Of a stretch of 55,158 bases of DNA, positions 43,958 to 53,849 are shown piece after piece. The first letter of the stretch is position 1, and each line of letters starts with the position of its first letter. The stretch spans positions 1 to 55,158 of the forward strand of contig CAZITB010000001.1 of the NCBI GenBank assembly GCA_964542055.1. Direction: 5' to 3'. The position numbers were made by a program, and so were the translations under genes. The notes beneath the pieces are model-generated. The model saw only the letters and a program-made list of their open reading frames with translations. It was not told where the DNA came from and searched no databases. Source of the DNA: an uncultured Candidatus Kuenenia sp. Its GTDB lineage: Bacteria > Planctomycetota > Phycisphaerae > Sedimentisphaerales > CAMDDF01.

Positions 43958-45019
43958 TTATTGAATTTTCTTTTGGCGTTCCAACTCATTATAAGCCATT
44001 TCTAAACGCCAACTTCTCTCTTGAAGTCTTTTTTCCAGTTCATCGTTGAATATCTGCAATTGACGTTCAAGCTCTTTACGTTCGGATATATCCACATCAA
44101 TACTAAACAAAACAGGCTCTTCGCCCGGCGTACAAACTGCTGTATGAACTGAATACACTTGAACTTTTTCACTATTCTTATTCACTAGCTCAAGTTCATG
44201 AGAAGAAAAAAAACATCCCGATCTATTGGCCTGTTTTCCTGCTTCTAAGCATTCTTTAAATAAAGGTTTCAAACTTTCGGGAACGATCAGATCAGCGATA
44301 TTTTTACCAAGTACCTCACTTTCATGATACCCATATAAGTTTTCATTTGCCTTATTCCAATATAGAATTTTTCCCTGAGTATCAAATCCCTGAACCGCCG
44401 CGGGCAAGCTGTCCAAAATGGTTTTAAACTTTTCCTGACTTTTTTTAAGTTCCCGCTCTATATTCAGTCTGTGTATTGCCTGAGTTAAGCCTGCCGCAGC
44501 AGTTTTAAGATAATCGATTTCATCCTCTCGCCAGGGTCTATCTTCGCTGCAATTATCGAATCCTATAAAGCCAAAGAGTTCCTGTTTATAGATCAACGGC
44601 AGCACAAGCAAACTTTTAATTCCTTGCGGTTCCAAATATCTCCGTTCTGAATCCGGAAAGCTCAACACTGACCCTTGTATAATTCCACCTTTAAAAAGAA
44701 TATCACACCATCGAGGTACAGACTCTTCAAAAGGCATATTTTGAAGTTCGGGGTTATCAATTTGAGGGTCGATACCCTCATTACACCATTCACCTGTTTG
44801 GCTCAAAAGCAATTTGCCTTTTTTATCTCTACTATTCAGAAAAACATATACCCTGCTCGTACCCGAAGCCTTGCCTAAACAAGCCAGGTATTCATTGTAG
44901 GGAATTTCATTTTCTACTCCCAACAGAATGTACGCAGCTTCGCTTAGCCCCTCTAGGTAACGTGTCTTTGTCTCAAATTTAAGACCCTGTAAATTTGCAA
45001 AATCCTTTGTTTTTTCCAT
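43958..45019 (-). CDS. GAF-PAS sensor protein without recognisable output domain
   Basis: GAF-like segment (LLVLPLIYKQELFGFIGFDN). PAS-like segment (FKTILDSLPAAVQGFDTQGKILYWNKANENLYGY). C-terminal coiled coil. Confidence 0.65.
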   Translation of the reverse strand: MEKTKDFANLQGLKFETKTRYLEGLSEAAYILLGVENEIPYNEYLACLGKASGTSRVYVFLNSRDKKGKLLLSQTGEWCNEGIDPQIDNPELQNMPFEESVPRWCDILFKGGIIQGSVLSFPDSERRYLEPQGIKSLLVLPLIYKQELFGFIGFDNCSEDRPWREDEIDYLKTAAAGLTQAIHRLNIERELKKSQEKFKTILDSLPAAVQGFDTQGKILYWNKANENLYGYHESEVLGKNIADLIVPESLKPLFKECLEAGKQANRSGCFFSSHELELVNKNSEKVQVYSVHTAVCTPGEEPVLFSIDVDISERKELERQLQIFNDELEKRLQERSWRLEMAYNELERQKKIQ

Positions 45020-45087
45020 CCCTTTTCCTCTGAACCAAATATTGATTTCAATTCTTATATCAAAAATAAACTGAAAATCAAGGCTTT

Positions 45088-46101
45088 CTATAACTTTCGA
45101 ATCAAAAGATAAATAAAGAAAACTCCACCTGTAAGAGCCGTTATTATTCCTGTAGGCATCTCGCTTGGCGATATAACAATCCGGGCAAAAGTATCACAAC
45201 TGACCAAAAACCCCCCGCCAATCAAAAACACTCCCGGCAATATGATCCTGTGGTCGTAACCTGATATCCGTCGGATAATGTGGGGAACCAGCAGCCCAAC
45301 AAAAGCAATCGGCCCTGCAGCTGAAACTATGCTGGCTGTCGCGACCGAACCGGCTGCAAAACAAATCAAGTGAACAGACTTGACATCAACTCCATGTCCT
45401 TTGGCCATTTCTTCACCGAATGAAAGGTGATTCAAAACATTTGTCTGCATAAAAAGCAATCCAACACTTGCTATCAAAATCGGAAGTATTACCGCAATTT
45501 GCTTATATCCAACCACGTCCAGGGACCCCATCGTCCACCGGTCCATTGAAACAAGCAAATTGGGTTCAGCCAGGTAACGTATTAAAAGCAAAAACGCGCT
45601 GCTGAGTATCCCGATTGTAACACCTGCCAAAAGCAGCGACGTCATTGAAACCCCGCCGGGCTTTTTGGCAATGTAATAAATGAAAACCATCGTAATGCCC
45701 GCCCCGACAAAAGCAAAAAGCTGAACCGATGAAAAAAAAGCAATGTTGAAAGCAAAAATATCAAAGGCTATACTCAAATAAGCACCTATGGCAGCTCCGC
45801 CGGTTATTCCTAATGTATAGGGCGTAGCAAGGGGATTCCGCAAAATTGCCTGAAAAACCGCACCAACCAGGGCGAGTGTTCCGCCAGCTAAAAAACCAAG
45901 CAGCACACGCGGCAAACGTAGGTTGAAAAATATTCTTGAATCTATATTTTCCTGGCCCTCTGAAAGGAAGCTCTTTATGTTTCCAATGTTTATTGCTTCA
46001 CTGCCGATAAACGGTGAAATACAAATAACTGCAAGTGTTATCAAAAAATAGATCGAAAGATGGACCACAAATTTATTCCTGATCTTATTCATTAATGGCA
46101 C
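45088..46101 (-). CDS. FecCD/BtuC-family ABC importer permease (iron-chelate or cobalamin)
   Basis: 337 aa, polytopic. Family-typical segments RLPRVLLGFLAGGTLALVGAVFQAILRNPLATPYTLG. Confidence 0.85.
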   Translation of the reverse strand: MPLMNKIRNKFVVHLSIYFLITLAVICISPFIGSEAINIGNIKSFLSEGQENIDSRIFFNLRLPRVLLGFLAGGTLALVGAVFQAILRNPLATPYTLGITGGAAIGAYLSIAFDIFAFNIAFFSSVQLFAFVGAGITMVFIYYIAKKPGGVSMTSLLLAGVTIGILSSAFLLLIRYLAEPNLLVSMDRWTMGSLDVVGYKQIAVILPILIASVGLLFMQTNVLNHLSFGEEMAKGHGVDVKSVHLICFAAGSVATASIVSAAGPIAFVGLLVPHIIRRISGYDHRIILPGVFLIGGGFLVSCDTFARIVISPSEMPTGIITALTGGVFFIYLLIRKL

Positions 46102-46882
46102 CTCTTTTCAAAGGCAAAACAATCGGCGTTCCACTAACAGGATGATTGCTGACATAAACATTGCCCGGATAAATCTCGTCAAGCGTTTGCTTGTTTATAA
46201 CTTCCTCAACGCTGCCTGTCTTTGCGATCTTACCATCTTGAACAAGCATCAATCTATCACAAAACATCCCAGCCAGATTCAAATCATGCGTTACCGTTAC
46301 TATCGACAAACCCTCCCGGCTCAGCTTACCCAGCAGTTCAAAAAATAAAACCTGGTGATGCATATCCAATCCGGTTGTCGGCTCATCAAGAACCAGAATT
46401 TCCGGGTTCTGGCACAAAACACTGGCAAGCAAAACTCTTTGCTTCTCACCGCCGCTCAACTGATTCAAGTACCGCCCCGCATACTTTTTTATCTCTGTCA
46501 GTTCCATGCTGCGATGGATCTGCTCCAAGTCATTTTCACCCAGAAAACCCATACCCTCAAGATAAGCATACCGGCCCATCGCCACAACTTCTTCAACCTT
46601 GTAATTGAACACACTTTCAACACTTTGCGGAAGATAACCCAATACTCTGGCGATATCTCTACGGCTGACAGCACTCATATTTTCATTTTTTAAAACGATC
46701 TGCCCTTTGTCTGCCTTCAATATTCCGCCAGCCAGTTTTACAAATGTGCTCTTACCAGAACCGTTAGGCCCTACTATTCCCACAAACTCCCCTTCTTCGA
46801 TTTCAAAGCTGACCGGTCCCATGCTCCAATCACTGCGCTGATAACTGTATTCAACATTTTTAACTTTTAAAATTTTATTCAT
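46085..46882 (-). CDS. ABC importer ATP-binding protein (FepC/BtuD type)
   Basis: Walker A GPNGSGKST, signature LSGGEKQR and Walker B LVLDEPTTGLD. Confidence 0.85.
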   Translation of the reverse strand: MNKILKVKNVEYSYQRSDWSMGPVSFEIEEGEFVGIVGPNGSGKSTFVKLAGGILKADKGQIVLKNENMSAVSRRDIARVLGYLPQSVESVFNYKVEEVVAMGRYAYLEGMGFLGENDLEQIHRSMELTEIKKYAGRYLNQLSGGEKQRVLLASVLCQNPEILVLDEPTTGLDMHHQVLFFELLGKLSREGLSIVTVTHDLNLAGMFCDRLMLVQDGKIAKTGSVEEVINKQTLDEIYPGNVYVSNHPVSGTPIVLPLKRGAINE

Positions 46883-47798
46883 CGAATGCCTCTGGATGTA
46901 TCATCCGCGCTAAAACTTCGGCAGCTTCGCCCAGTCTCGGACCCGGCTTTAAAACCAGATCGGCATCAGGAAAATAAATCCTGCCCTTTACAACCGCAGG
47001 GATTTCCTGGAGCTTTTGCCATTGATTAACAAACCGCTGCCTCATTTGTTTATCGAAACCTTCCATGCTCCGAGGCTCGATTATTACTTCCGGTTTTCGG
47101 ACCAGTAAACTTTCCTTCGATATTTTCGGGTAAGATATTTTTAGATCACCAAAGACATTTTTCCCGCCAGCTATCTCGATCAGATTATTAAGATGAGTCC
47201 CCCCCCCGACTGTTGACAAACTCGCCAGTGAATCATCCGAACGGAAAAATGACAGAAAAACTTTCGGCCTCTCAAGCCCTGCAACCTTTGCCTGAACTCG
47301 GCCAAGCTGCTTTTTTATATCAGCAGTTAACTTGCCTGCTTTCTCAACAGCCCCCAAACGTTTTCCCAAAACCGCAATATCTTTATAAAGCCCTTCAACA
47401 TCATACATGTCCAGCCGCAGAACTTCTATCTCATTTCGCCTGCAAAATTCACTAATCTTATCATTGACCCCCATAATTATTACTACATCAGGATTTAAAA
47501 CAGATATGCGTTCAAAATTAGGGTAAATTGAATCCCCAACCTGCAATTTGTCTTTTACCGCTTCGGGATAATTGCAAAAACCACTGACCCCCACCAGCTT
47601 TTCATCCTCTCCCAATGCAAAAATTACCTCTGCCGCCGCAGGCGAAAAAGTAATTACCCTCTCAACCACATCCATTTTCTCAAGTGTCGAACCTGCGTTA
47701 TCGCCTTCAAGACGCAATAAACCCGCCGATAGAATAACACCGACAAACGCTAAAAGGATAAACAAAAATAGCTGCTTACTGGTTTTCATAACCCGCAA
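46875..47798 (-). CDS. periplasmic binding protein of the iron-chelate/cobalamin ABC importer (BtuF-like)
   Basis: Signal anchor plus a class III SBP pattern (RVITFSPAAAEVIFALG, PDVVII). Overlaps the ATPase gene by 8 nt. Confidence 0.75.
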   Translation of the reverse strand: MRVMKTSKQLFLFILLAFVGVILSAGLLRLEGDNAGSTLEKMDVVERVITFSPAAAEVIFALGEDEKLVGVSGFCNYPEAVKDKLQVGDSIYPNFERISVLNPDVVIIMGVNDKISEFCRRNEIEVLRLDMYDVEGLYKDIAVLGKRLGAVEKAGKLTADIKKQLGRVQAKVAGLERPKVFLSFFRSDDSLASLSTVGGGTHLNNLIEIAGGKNVFGDLKISYPKISKESLLVRKPEVIIEPRSMEGFDKQMRQRFVNQWQKLQEIPAVVKGRIYFPDADLVLKPGPRLGEAAEVLARMIHPEAFDE

Positions 47799-47831
47799 TT
47801 ATACAAACATTTGCAGCCAACTCAACCCAAT

Positions 47832-48278
47832 TTACAGTGCAAAATAATCCGGCAGATTTTCAAAAGTTATTTTCCGCCCTAATTCATCCACATGCTCCAG
47901 GCGTACGTCTATACATTCGATATCTTTTAGAACATTTTTGACCTTATCCGCCCACTCTACCACAACTACCGATCCCGGGCTGATCATATCATCGAATCCG
48001 AGCTTTTCGAAATCTTCCTCGCTGTCAAGCCGATAAGCATCTATATGGTAAATGTCAAACCTGCCCTCATATTCATTGACCAGCACAAACGTCGGGCTAT
48101 TGACAACATCGCCCTCAGTCACACCTGCCCCCAACGCAAGCCCTTTAATCAAATGCGTTTTGCCGGTTCCAAGATTACCCCGCAACGCCAGAACCTCACC
48201 CCCGCGCAACTGACCACCAATCTTCTTACCAACTTCAACCGTCTCACCCGGCGAATTCGTTATAACTTCAATTACCAA
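47832..48278 (-). CDS. tsaE: tRNA t6A37 biosynthesis ATPase TsaE
   Basis: 148 aa. P-loop GNLGTGKTHLIKG and the NSPTFVLVNEY...HIDAYRL motif. Confidence 0.85.
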   Translation of the reverse strand: MVIEVITNSPGETVEVGKKIGGQLRGGEVLALRGNLGTGKTHLIKGLALGAGVTEGDVVNSPTFVLVNEYEGRFDIYHIDAYRLDSEEDFEKLGFDDMISPGSVVVVEWADKVKNVLKDIECIDVRLEHVDELGRKITFENLPDYFAL

Positions 48279-48314
48279 AATTTACTCCATTTTTTTTGCT
48301 TTTAGTTCGCTTCT

Positions 48315-49694
48315 TTATGAAAGTTTTCTTTTCCAGAATGCGACTTGTTTTTTTGTCTGCTTTACTCCGCCCGCACCTTCGGTCTTATACTTTTTGACTA
48401 TACCAGCCGCGCCGAGATAATCATAAACGTCATCATCGATCTTATCAGAAAACTTTTTGAATTCCTCAATCGTCAAATCCGAGAGCCGTTTGCCTTTCTT
48501 TTCACATTTGGCAACCGCTGCACCGACTATCCCATGGCCCTGCCGAAACGGAACACCCTTGCTTACAAGATACTCCGCAAGTGCCGTCGCATCCAGAAAA
48601 CCTTCATCCATCCCCGCCAGAATCTTTTCAGCCTTAAATTCAGTATGAGCAACTATCCCTGCCGCAATCTCCAGACAAGCTGAAACCGTATCCCCCGCCC
48701 TGAAAACGTGCAATTTATCTTCCTGCATATCCCGATTATAAGTCGAAGGCTGCCCCTTAAGCATCGCAAGCATTGCCGCCAAACACCCAAGCACGCCCCC
48801 GCTTTTGCCCCGGATCAACTCCAGCATATCCGGGTTTCGCTTCTGCGGCATCATACTCGACGATGTACAATACTTATCACTTATCCGCACAAAATCAAAC
48901 TCGCTGGTCGAAAAGATAATAAAATCTTCCGCCAGCCGAGACAGATGAACCGCAATCATCGAGCAACAGAAAATAAATTCCGCGCAAAAATCACGGTCAC
49001 TCATCCCGTCCATACTGTTTCGCATTATATCGCTGAACCCAAGCCGCTTGGCAGTATTTTTCCTGTCCAGCCCAAGCGTAGAACCCGCAACAGCACCGCA
49101 ACCAAGCGGCGAAACGTTCATCATATCCCTGCAATTGGCCAGCCGGCAATAATCCCTCGCCAGCATCTCAACAAAACTCAGCAGATACCCCCCGACACTC
49201 ACCGGCTGAGCCCGCTGAAAATGCGTATAAGCAGGCATAACGTTATCAACATTAGCCTGTGCCAATTCAACAAGCGCCCGCTGCAAATTTTCGATCTTAC
49301 CCTGCAAACTGGCAATCTCATCACGCATCCAAAGCCGCATATCCGTCGCAACCTGGTCATTCCTGCTCCGCCCCGTATGCAGCTTCTTACCAGCATCGCC
49401 GATCTTCTTCACCAGCGCCGCCTCGATCGCCATGTGAATATCCTCATACACAATATCGAACTCAAACTGACCAGCCTCGATTTCCTTCCGTATTTCCACC
49501 AAGCCTTTCTCAATCGCCCCCGCTTCCTTGGCCGTCAATATCCCAACATCCGCCAGCATCGCCGAATGCGCGATCGACCCTTCAATATCATACTTATACA
49601 ACCGCTTATCATAAGAAAGCGACTCCACAAACCGCATCGCCATTTCATCGGGCCCGCCGCTTAGCCTGTGCTCCCAGCTTTTATCCTTAGCCAT
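48315..49694 (-). CDS. argH: argininosuccinate lyase
   Basis: 459 aa. HTGRSRNDQV and SSSMMPQKRNPD signature motifs. Confidence 0.92.
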   Translation of the reverse strand: MAKDKSWEHRLSGGPDEMAMRFVESLSYDKRLYKYDIEGSIAHSAMLADVGILTAKEAGAIEKGLVEIRKEIEAGQFEFDIVYEDIHMAIEAALVKKIGDAGKKLHTGRSRNDQVATDMRLWMRDEIASLQGKIENLQRALVELAQANVDNVMPAYTHFQRAQPVSVGGYLLSFVEMLARDYCRLANCRDMMNVSPLGCGAVAGSTLGLDRKNTAKRLGFSDIMRNSMDGMSDRDFCAEFIFCCSMIAVHLSRLAEDFIIFSTSEFDFVRISDKYCTSSSMMPQKRNPDMLELIRGKSGGVLGCLAAMLAMLKGQPSTYNRDMQEDKLHVFRAGDTVSACLEIAAGIVAHTEFKAEKILAGMDEGFLDATALAEYLVSKGVPFRQGHGIVGAAVAKCEKKGKRLSDLTIEEFKKFSDKIDDDVYDYLGAAGIVKKYKTEGAGGVKQTKKQVAFWKRKLS

Positions 49695-49715
49695 ATTATA
49701 TCCTTATATCAAAAA

Positions 49716-50033
49716 TCAATATCTAATCTTATAAAGCCCAACGATTCCAGCAACAATCATTGAAATAAAAAAAATCCGCCAGAATCCAAAGGGTTCCTTG
49801 AAAATCATAATTCCCAGTATCGCCGTTGCAACCGCACCGATTCCCGTCCAGACCGCATAAGCCGTACCAATCGCCAGATGCCTTAGCGAAATCGAAAGCA
49901 GATAAATGCTTATTGCCATTGTGATGAGGGTATAAACGCTGGGCCAGAATTTAGTAAATCCACAGCTTAGCTTGAGCCCAATGGCCCATGCCGCCTCAAA
50001 CAACCCTGCAATCAATAATATAATCCAACTCAT
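49716..50033 (-). CDS. sugE: SMR-family small multidrug/guanidinium exporter (SugE/Gdx-like)
   Basis: 105 aa with four TM segments. N-terminal MSWIILLIAGLFEAAWAIGLK carries the conserved membrane Glu. Confidence 0.85.
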   Translation of the reverse strand: MSWIILLIAGLFEAAWAIGLKLSCGFTKFWPSVYTLITMAISIYLLSISLRHLAIGTAYAVWTGIGAVATAILGIMIFKEPFGFWRIFFISMIVAGIVGLYKIRY

Positions 50034-50161
50034 AACGCCAAATCCATTACTAAAGCCATGATAATACGAAAAATCCCCCCAAATAACAACTTTTTTCCAG
50101 AGTACCCGATACTGAGCTTACATCAATGGTGCGTATTTCAAGGCAAGCAAGCGTGGATTCT

Positions 50162-51706
50162 TTAAAGTCTTTCGCTGACAGTCTTACGCATCAACTTCTC
50201 ATCTGCCCCCTGACCTGTGAAGTGTTTGTACTGCCCCAACCCCTGGTAAACAAACATTTCGACACCTGATATTGTTTTCGCTCCAACTGATTTTGCCTGT
50301 TTTAAAAGCCTGGTTTCCACCGGATTGTAAACAGTATCAAAAACGATCATTTGGTCATTCAAAACTTTTTCAGGTACCGGCGATTCATCCACATCCGGGT
50401 ACATGCCGACGCTGGTACAGTTTACAAGTATAGATGCGTCTATGTCCTCGATTTCATCTATGTCCGCGTACTTGCAAACGAACTCTTTAGCAAGTTTTTT
50501 CGCACGGGAAACTGTCCGGTTATAAATAGTAACTTTGGCCCCGCAATCAGTCAAAGCCGCGACAACCGCCCGACTGACTCCGCCAGCCCCGACAACTGCC
50601 GCCGTCTTATGCTCAAGGTAGCTTTTATTGCCCCCTGCCGCATTTACAATGGCATCAAGGGCTCCTTCATAATCGGTATTATAAGCACAAATTCTATCAT
50701 TGTAACCAATCGTTAATGTATTTACTGCTGCTATTTTGACCGCCTGGTCATCAACGAAGCCCCCGGTACTGCTTACGTAAACCATCGCATTTTCTTTATG
50801 CGGAATAGTTACACTAAAACCCTTGATGTCAAGCCACTGGCGATCTTTCAAAACTTCCATAAACTTATTGAATTCTACACTATCGCCTTTCAATAAAAAC
50901 GGCACATACACACCGTTATATCCGCTTGCCTCAAAACATCCATTGTGAATTGCCGGGCTCATTGAATGGCTTACGGGATTGCCGATAACACCGAAAACTT
51001 CTGTTTGAGGGTTAATTTTATCGAATCTATATATCTTTTTCATCTGATCGATGGTAACCTGGCCCGGGGCAGTCGTGTTATCATGATTTAAAGAGGCAAA
51101 ACAAACCAGGCAATCATATTTTTTAGCCAGAATTCGCGTCAACTCCCCTTCCTGTCCCATGGCAATAACTATAGCGTCACCCTCTTTGTTATGCAAAATA
51201 TCCAAACCTTCGAAACAATCGGAAATATGCCTGGGTTTATAGACAAGTTTTGGAACACAATCGGGATAAGCAAGCAGCATCCCGTCATATATTGCTTCGA
51301 TTTTTTTGAACGGCTTTTCAAAATCATGTGCTGAAAGTATCAAACGAGTTGAACTATGCTCCAGGGCATCCCTTAAAGCTATCTCAAATTTGTCTTTCAC
51401 AAAGTTTGCATATTCACAGTCAACAAAATCAGATCCCAATTTTATAGCATGCTCTAGAATATTCAATCGAAGTTTTTCCGAATAATCATGTGCCCCCCCC
51501 TCTGAAACATCCCTGCAGGTAACTATTATTTGTATATCTAACTTTTCAACCTGATTGTAAAGTTCTTCAAATTTTCCAACGGACAGATTTTCAATGTAAT
51601 CAGTGCGAAGCTCAACCATCTCGGCTCCGAGTACCACCGCCTTTTTGGCTTGTTCAAATGCCTTTTCAATTGTTTCTGCCGAAATCGGGACTGCCAGATA
51701 TGTCAT
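50162..51706 (-). CDS. aroDE: bifunctional 3-dehydroquinate dehydratase (type I) / shikimate 5-dehydrogenase
   Basis: The AroD-like N-half starts MTYLAVPISAETIE. The AroE half has GNPVSHSMSP, NVT.PHK-like SVTIPHK and GAGGVSRAV. Start trimmed from 51889 to the ATG at 51706. Confidence 0.85.
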   Translation of the reverse strand: MTYLAVPISAETIEKAFEQAKKAVVLGAEMVELRTDYIENLSVGKFEELYNQVEKLDIQIIVTCRDVSEGGAHDYSEKLRLNILEHAIKLGSDFVDCEYANFVKDKFEIALRDALEHSSTRLILSAHDFEKPFKKIEAIYDGMLLAYPDCVPKLVYKPRHISDCFEGLDILHNKEGDAIVIAMGQEGELTRILAKKYDCLVCFASLNHDNTTAPGQVTIDQMKKIYRFDKINPQTEVFGVIGNPVSHSMSPAIHNGCFEASGYNGVYVPFLLKGDSVEFNKFMEVLKDRQWLDIKGFSVTIPHKENAMVYVSSTGGFVDDQAVKIAAVNTLTIGYNDRICAYNTDYEGALDAIVNAAGGNKSYLEHKTAAVVGAGGVSRAVVAALTDCGAKVTIYNRTVSRAKKLAKEFVCKYADIDEIEDIDASILVNCTSVGMYPDVDESPVPEKVLNDQMIVFDTVYNPVETRLLKQAKSVGAKTISGVEMFVYQGLGQYKHFTGQGADEKLMRKTVSERL

Positions 51707-51811
51707 GAAAACCTCAAAAATAAATCTCAGATTAATATAGATTTTAACTTTCTCGATGGATATTTCCATTGAAAAATTGACTTTTTCGAAATGTTTTAGA
51801 TAATCATTTGT

Positions 51812-52204
51812 ATGAAAAACCCCGGAATAACTAATCAGAAATTTGAAAAACTGCTTAAACGCATGGAGTTTCTGGATATCAGGGAACAAGACCTGGAAGA
51901 AAAGTTTACCTGTTCAACAGGACCAGGCGGCCAAAATGTCAACAAACTCGCCACTTGCGTACAGCTCAAACACACCCCCAGCGGTATCGAAATAAAAGCT
52001 CAACAGGCCAGAACCCAGGCAATGAACCGATATTACGCACGTAAAAAGTTGTGCGAAATCCTTGAAGAAAAAAAGCTAGGAAAAAAAAGCCCTGCCCAGC
52101 GAAAAATTGACAAAATCAGAAAGCAAAAGCAAAAAAGAAAATCTCGGGCCAGGCAAAAGACCCAAATCAAACCGCTTCGAGAATCTCAAGATTCAGAGGG
52201 TTAA
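51812..52204 (+). CDS. arfB: ArfB/ICT1-like peptidyl-tRNA hydrolase (RF-1 domain, GGQ motif, basic tail)
   Basis: STGPGGQNVNK motif and a Lys/Arg-rich C-terminal tail. 130 aa. Confidence 0.75.
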   Translation: MKNPGITNQKFEKLLKRMEFLDIREQDLEEKFTCSTGPGGQNVNKLATCVQLKHTPSGIEIKAQQARTQAMNRYYARKKLCEILEEKKLGKKSPAQRKIDKIRKQKQKRKSRARQKTQIKPLRESQDSEG

Positions 52205-53489
52205 GCCTTTTGAGTCCAACCAACTGATTATGGCCTATTCTTGCTCTAATCTGATACTGCTTTTCTCCATATTGTTCGTCAAGAATTGTACTGTTAGCCC
52301 TGAGGTAACTTTGAATTTTACCTTCGCTGTTTTCACCGCATACCTTAACGTCAACTTCCCTGCCTTTGAAATATTTTAAAACTTCATCTCTAAGCTGATC
52401 CAGATTAAGACCGGATTTCGCTGAAACACATACCGCATCGGGATACATTGCGCTAAGCAGCTCGAAATTACTGCGGTTTGAGATCAGGTCTGCTTTGTTC
52501 AAAACCATAATTACCGGCTTATCTCCACAGCCGATCTGGTCAAGAACTTCTTTTACAGAATTAAGATGTACCTGCACATCCTCATCGCTGGAATCTACCA
52601 CATGCAAGAGCAGATCAGCATGAACCGCTTCTTCAAGCGTAGCTTTAAATGAAGCAACCAAATGGTGCGGAAGGTGTTTAACGAAACCCACAGTATCACT
52701 AAGTAACGCCTCGATTCCGCCTTCAAGGTTCCATTTTTTCGTCCTTGTATCAAGCGTGGCAAAGAGCCTGTCTTCAACAAAAACATCGGCATCTGTCAAT
52801 GCATTCATCAGTGTGCTTTTGCCGGCATTGGTATAGCCCACAAGGCAAATTTTATAAAGCCCATGGCGACCATCAATCTCACGCAATTTACGTTTGTCGA
52901 TGTTTACAAGTTCCCTTTTTAATTCCGTTATGCGCTTATTTACAAGCCTTCTATCGATTTCCAGCTGCTTTTCACCAGTACCTCTTGTTCCAATACCACC
53001 TACAGAACCAGCTGCCCCAGCACCCCCGGCACCTGTTACCGTATCAAGGTGCGACCACATTCTTGTTAGCCTTGGATATGTATATTCAAGCTGAGCAAGT
53101 TCAACCTGAAGTTTGGCTTGTTTGGTCTTGGCACGAGTAGCAAATATATCCAGAATCAACTCACTGCGGTCAAGGACTTTTACTTTGACAAGCTTTTCAA
53201 GTTCCCTTATCTGCCCGGGAGTCAGATCATTATCAAAAACTACCACATCGGCTTCATGCTCTTTGACCCGATTAGCCAGCACTTCGACTTTCCCTTTACC
53301 GATAAAAGTCGATGGATTGATTTCCCTTATTTTCTGCTGGAATTTATCAACTACAATTGCCCCAGCAGTTTCAGCCAGACTCGCCAATTCGGACAGATCA
53401 TCGAAAATTTCTTCATTTCCCCTCAAAATCGCTCCACATAAAATGGCGCGCTCTTTAGATACCTTTAACTGCTCTCGTACTTTTTCCAC
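52167..53489 (-). CDS. hflX: GTPase HflX
   Basis: HflX N-domain, G-domain GYTNAGKSTLMNALT, DTVGF and NKAD. 440 aa. Confidence 0.9.
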   Translation of the reverse strand: MEKVREQLKVSKERAILCGAILRGNEEIFDDLSELASLAETAGAIVVDKFQQKIREINPSTFIGKGKVEVLANRVKEHEADVVVFDNDLTPGQIRELEKLVKVKVLDRSELILDIFATRAKTKQAKLQVELAQLEYTYPRLTRMWSHLDTVTGAGGAGAAGSVGGIGTRGTGEKQLEIDRRLVNKRITELKRELVNIDKRKLREIDGRHGLYKICLVGYTNAGKSTLMNALTDADVFVEDRLFATLDTRTKKWNLEGGIEALLSDTVGFVKHLPHHLVASFKATLEEAVHADLLLHVVDSSDEDVQVHLNSVKEVLDQIGCGDKPVIMVLNKADLISNRSNFELLSAMYPDAVCVSAKSGLNLDQLRDEVLKYFKGREVDVKVCGENSEGKIQSYLRANSTILDEQYGEKQYQIRARIGHNQLVGLKRLNPLNLEILEAV

Positions 53490-53849
53490 CTAAAACTTAA
53501 TTCTCCATAAAAGTGGTAATAATTAAATATGCTACAACTATTATATCACATCAAGTATTATATTTCAATAATCCCAAAAAGTTCGACTTGAAAACCCCAA
53601 AAAAACCTATTTATCGTCTCCATGCGGCTTTTCGCACCATAAGAGGTGGAAGTTGTGCCGGTTTAGCATCCTGCATATCCATTTTAACGCAGCTTTGTGT
53701 ACTGGGATACCACAAAACCTTATGAATATCTAAGTTTTGTGGTTTAGATTGTCTTTTCCAGATTCTTTTAACTAAGTTCTTCATATATGACGTATCGACA
53801 GCAAAAAAAGGCTCCTTAATCAAATAAATTATTTTTTTTACTTGAAAAG

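Noticed and set aside
47799-47831. Cobalamin riboswitch ahead of the BtuF-like importer genes
   Set aside because: The gap to the upstream tsaE is only 33 nt, which is too short for a riboswitch of about 200 nt. The genes look co-transcribed with tsaE and argH.
48708-49664. 318-aa plus-strand ORF, plus the 143-aa ORF at 49259-49690
   Set aside because: They lie antisense to argH, which has strong family signatures. The sequences are Pro/Arg/His-rich nonsense.
50034-50161. Guanidine riboswitch (ykkC, mini-ykkC or ykkC-III) upstream of the SugE/Gdx-like exporter
   Set aside because: Reading the minus-strand leader, I found none of the conserved features. These would be ACGR-loop hairpin pairs, a GGGA...ACGG core or the CCGGACGAGGUG pseudoknot. 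A covariance-model scan would be the decisive test.
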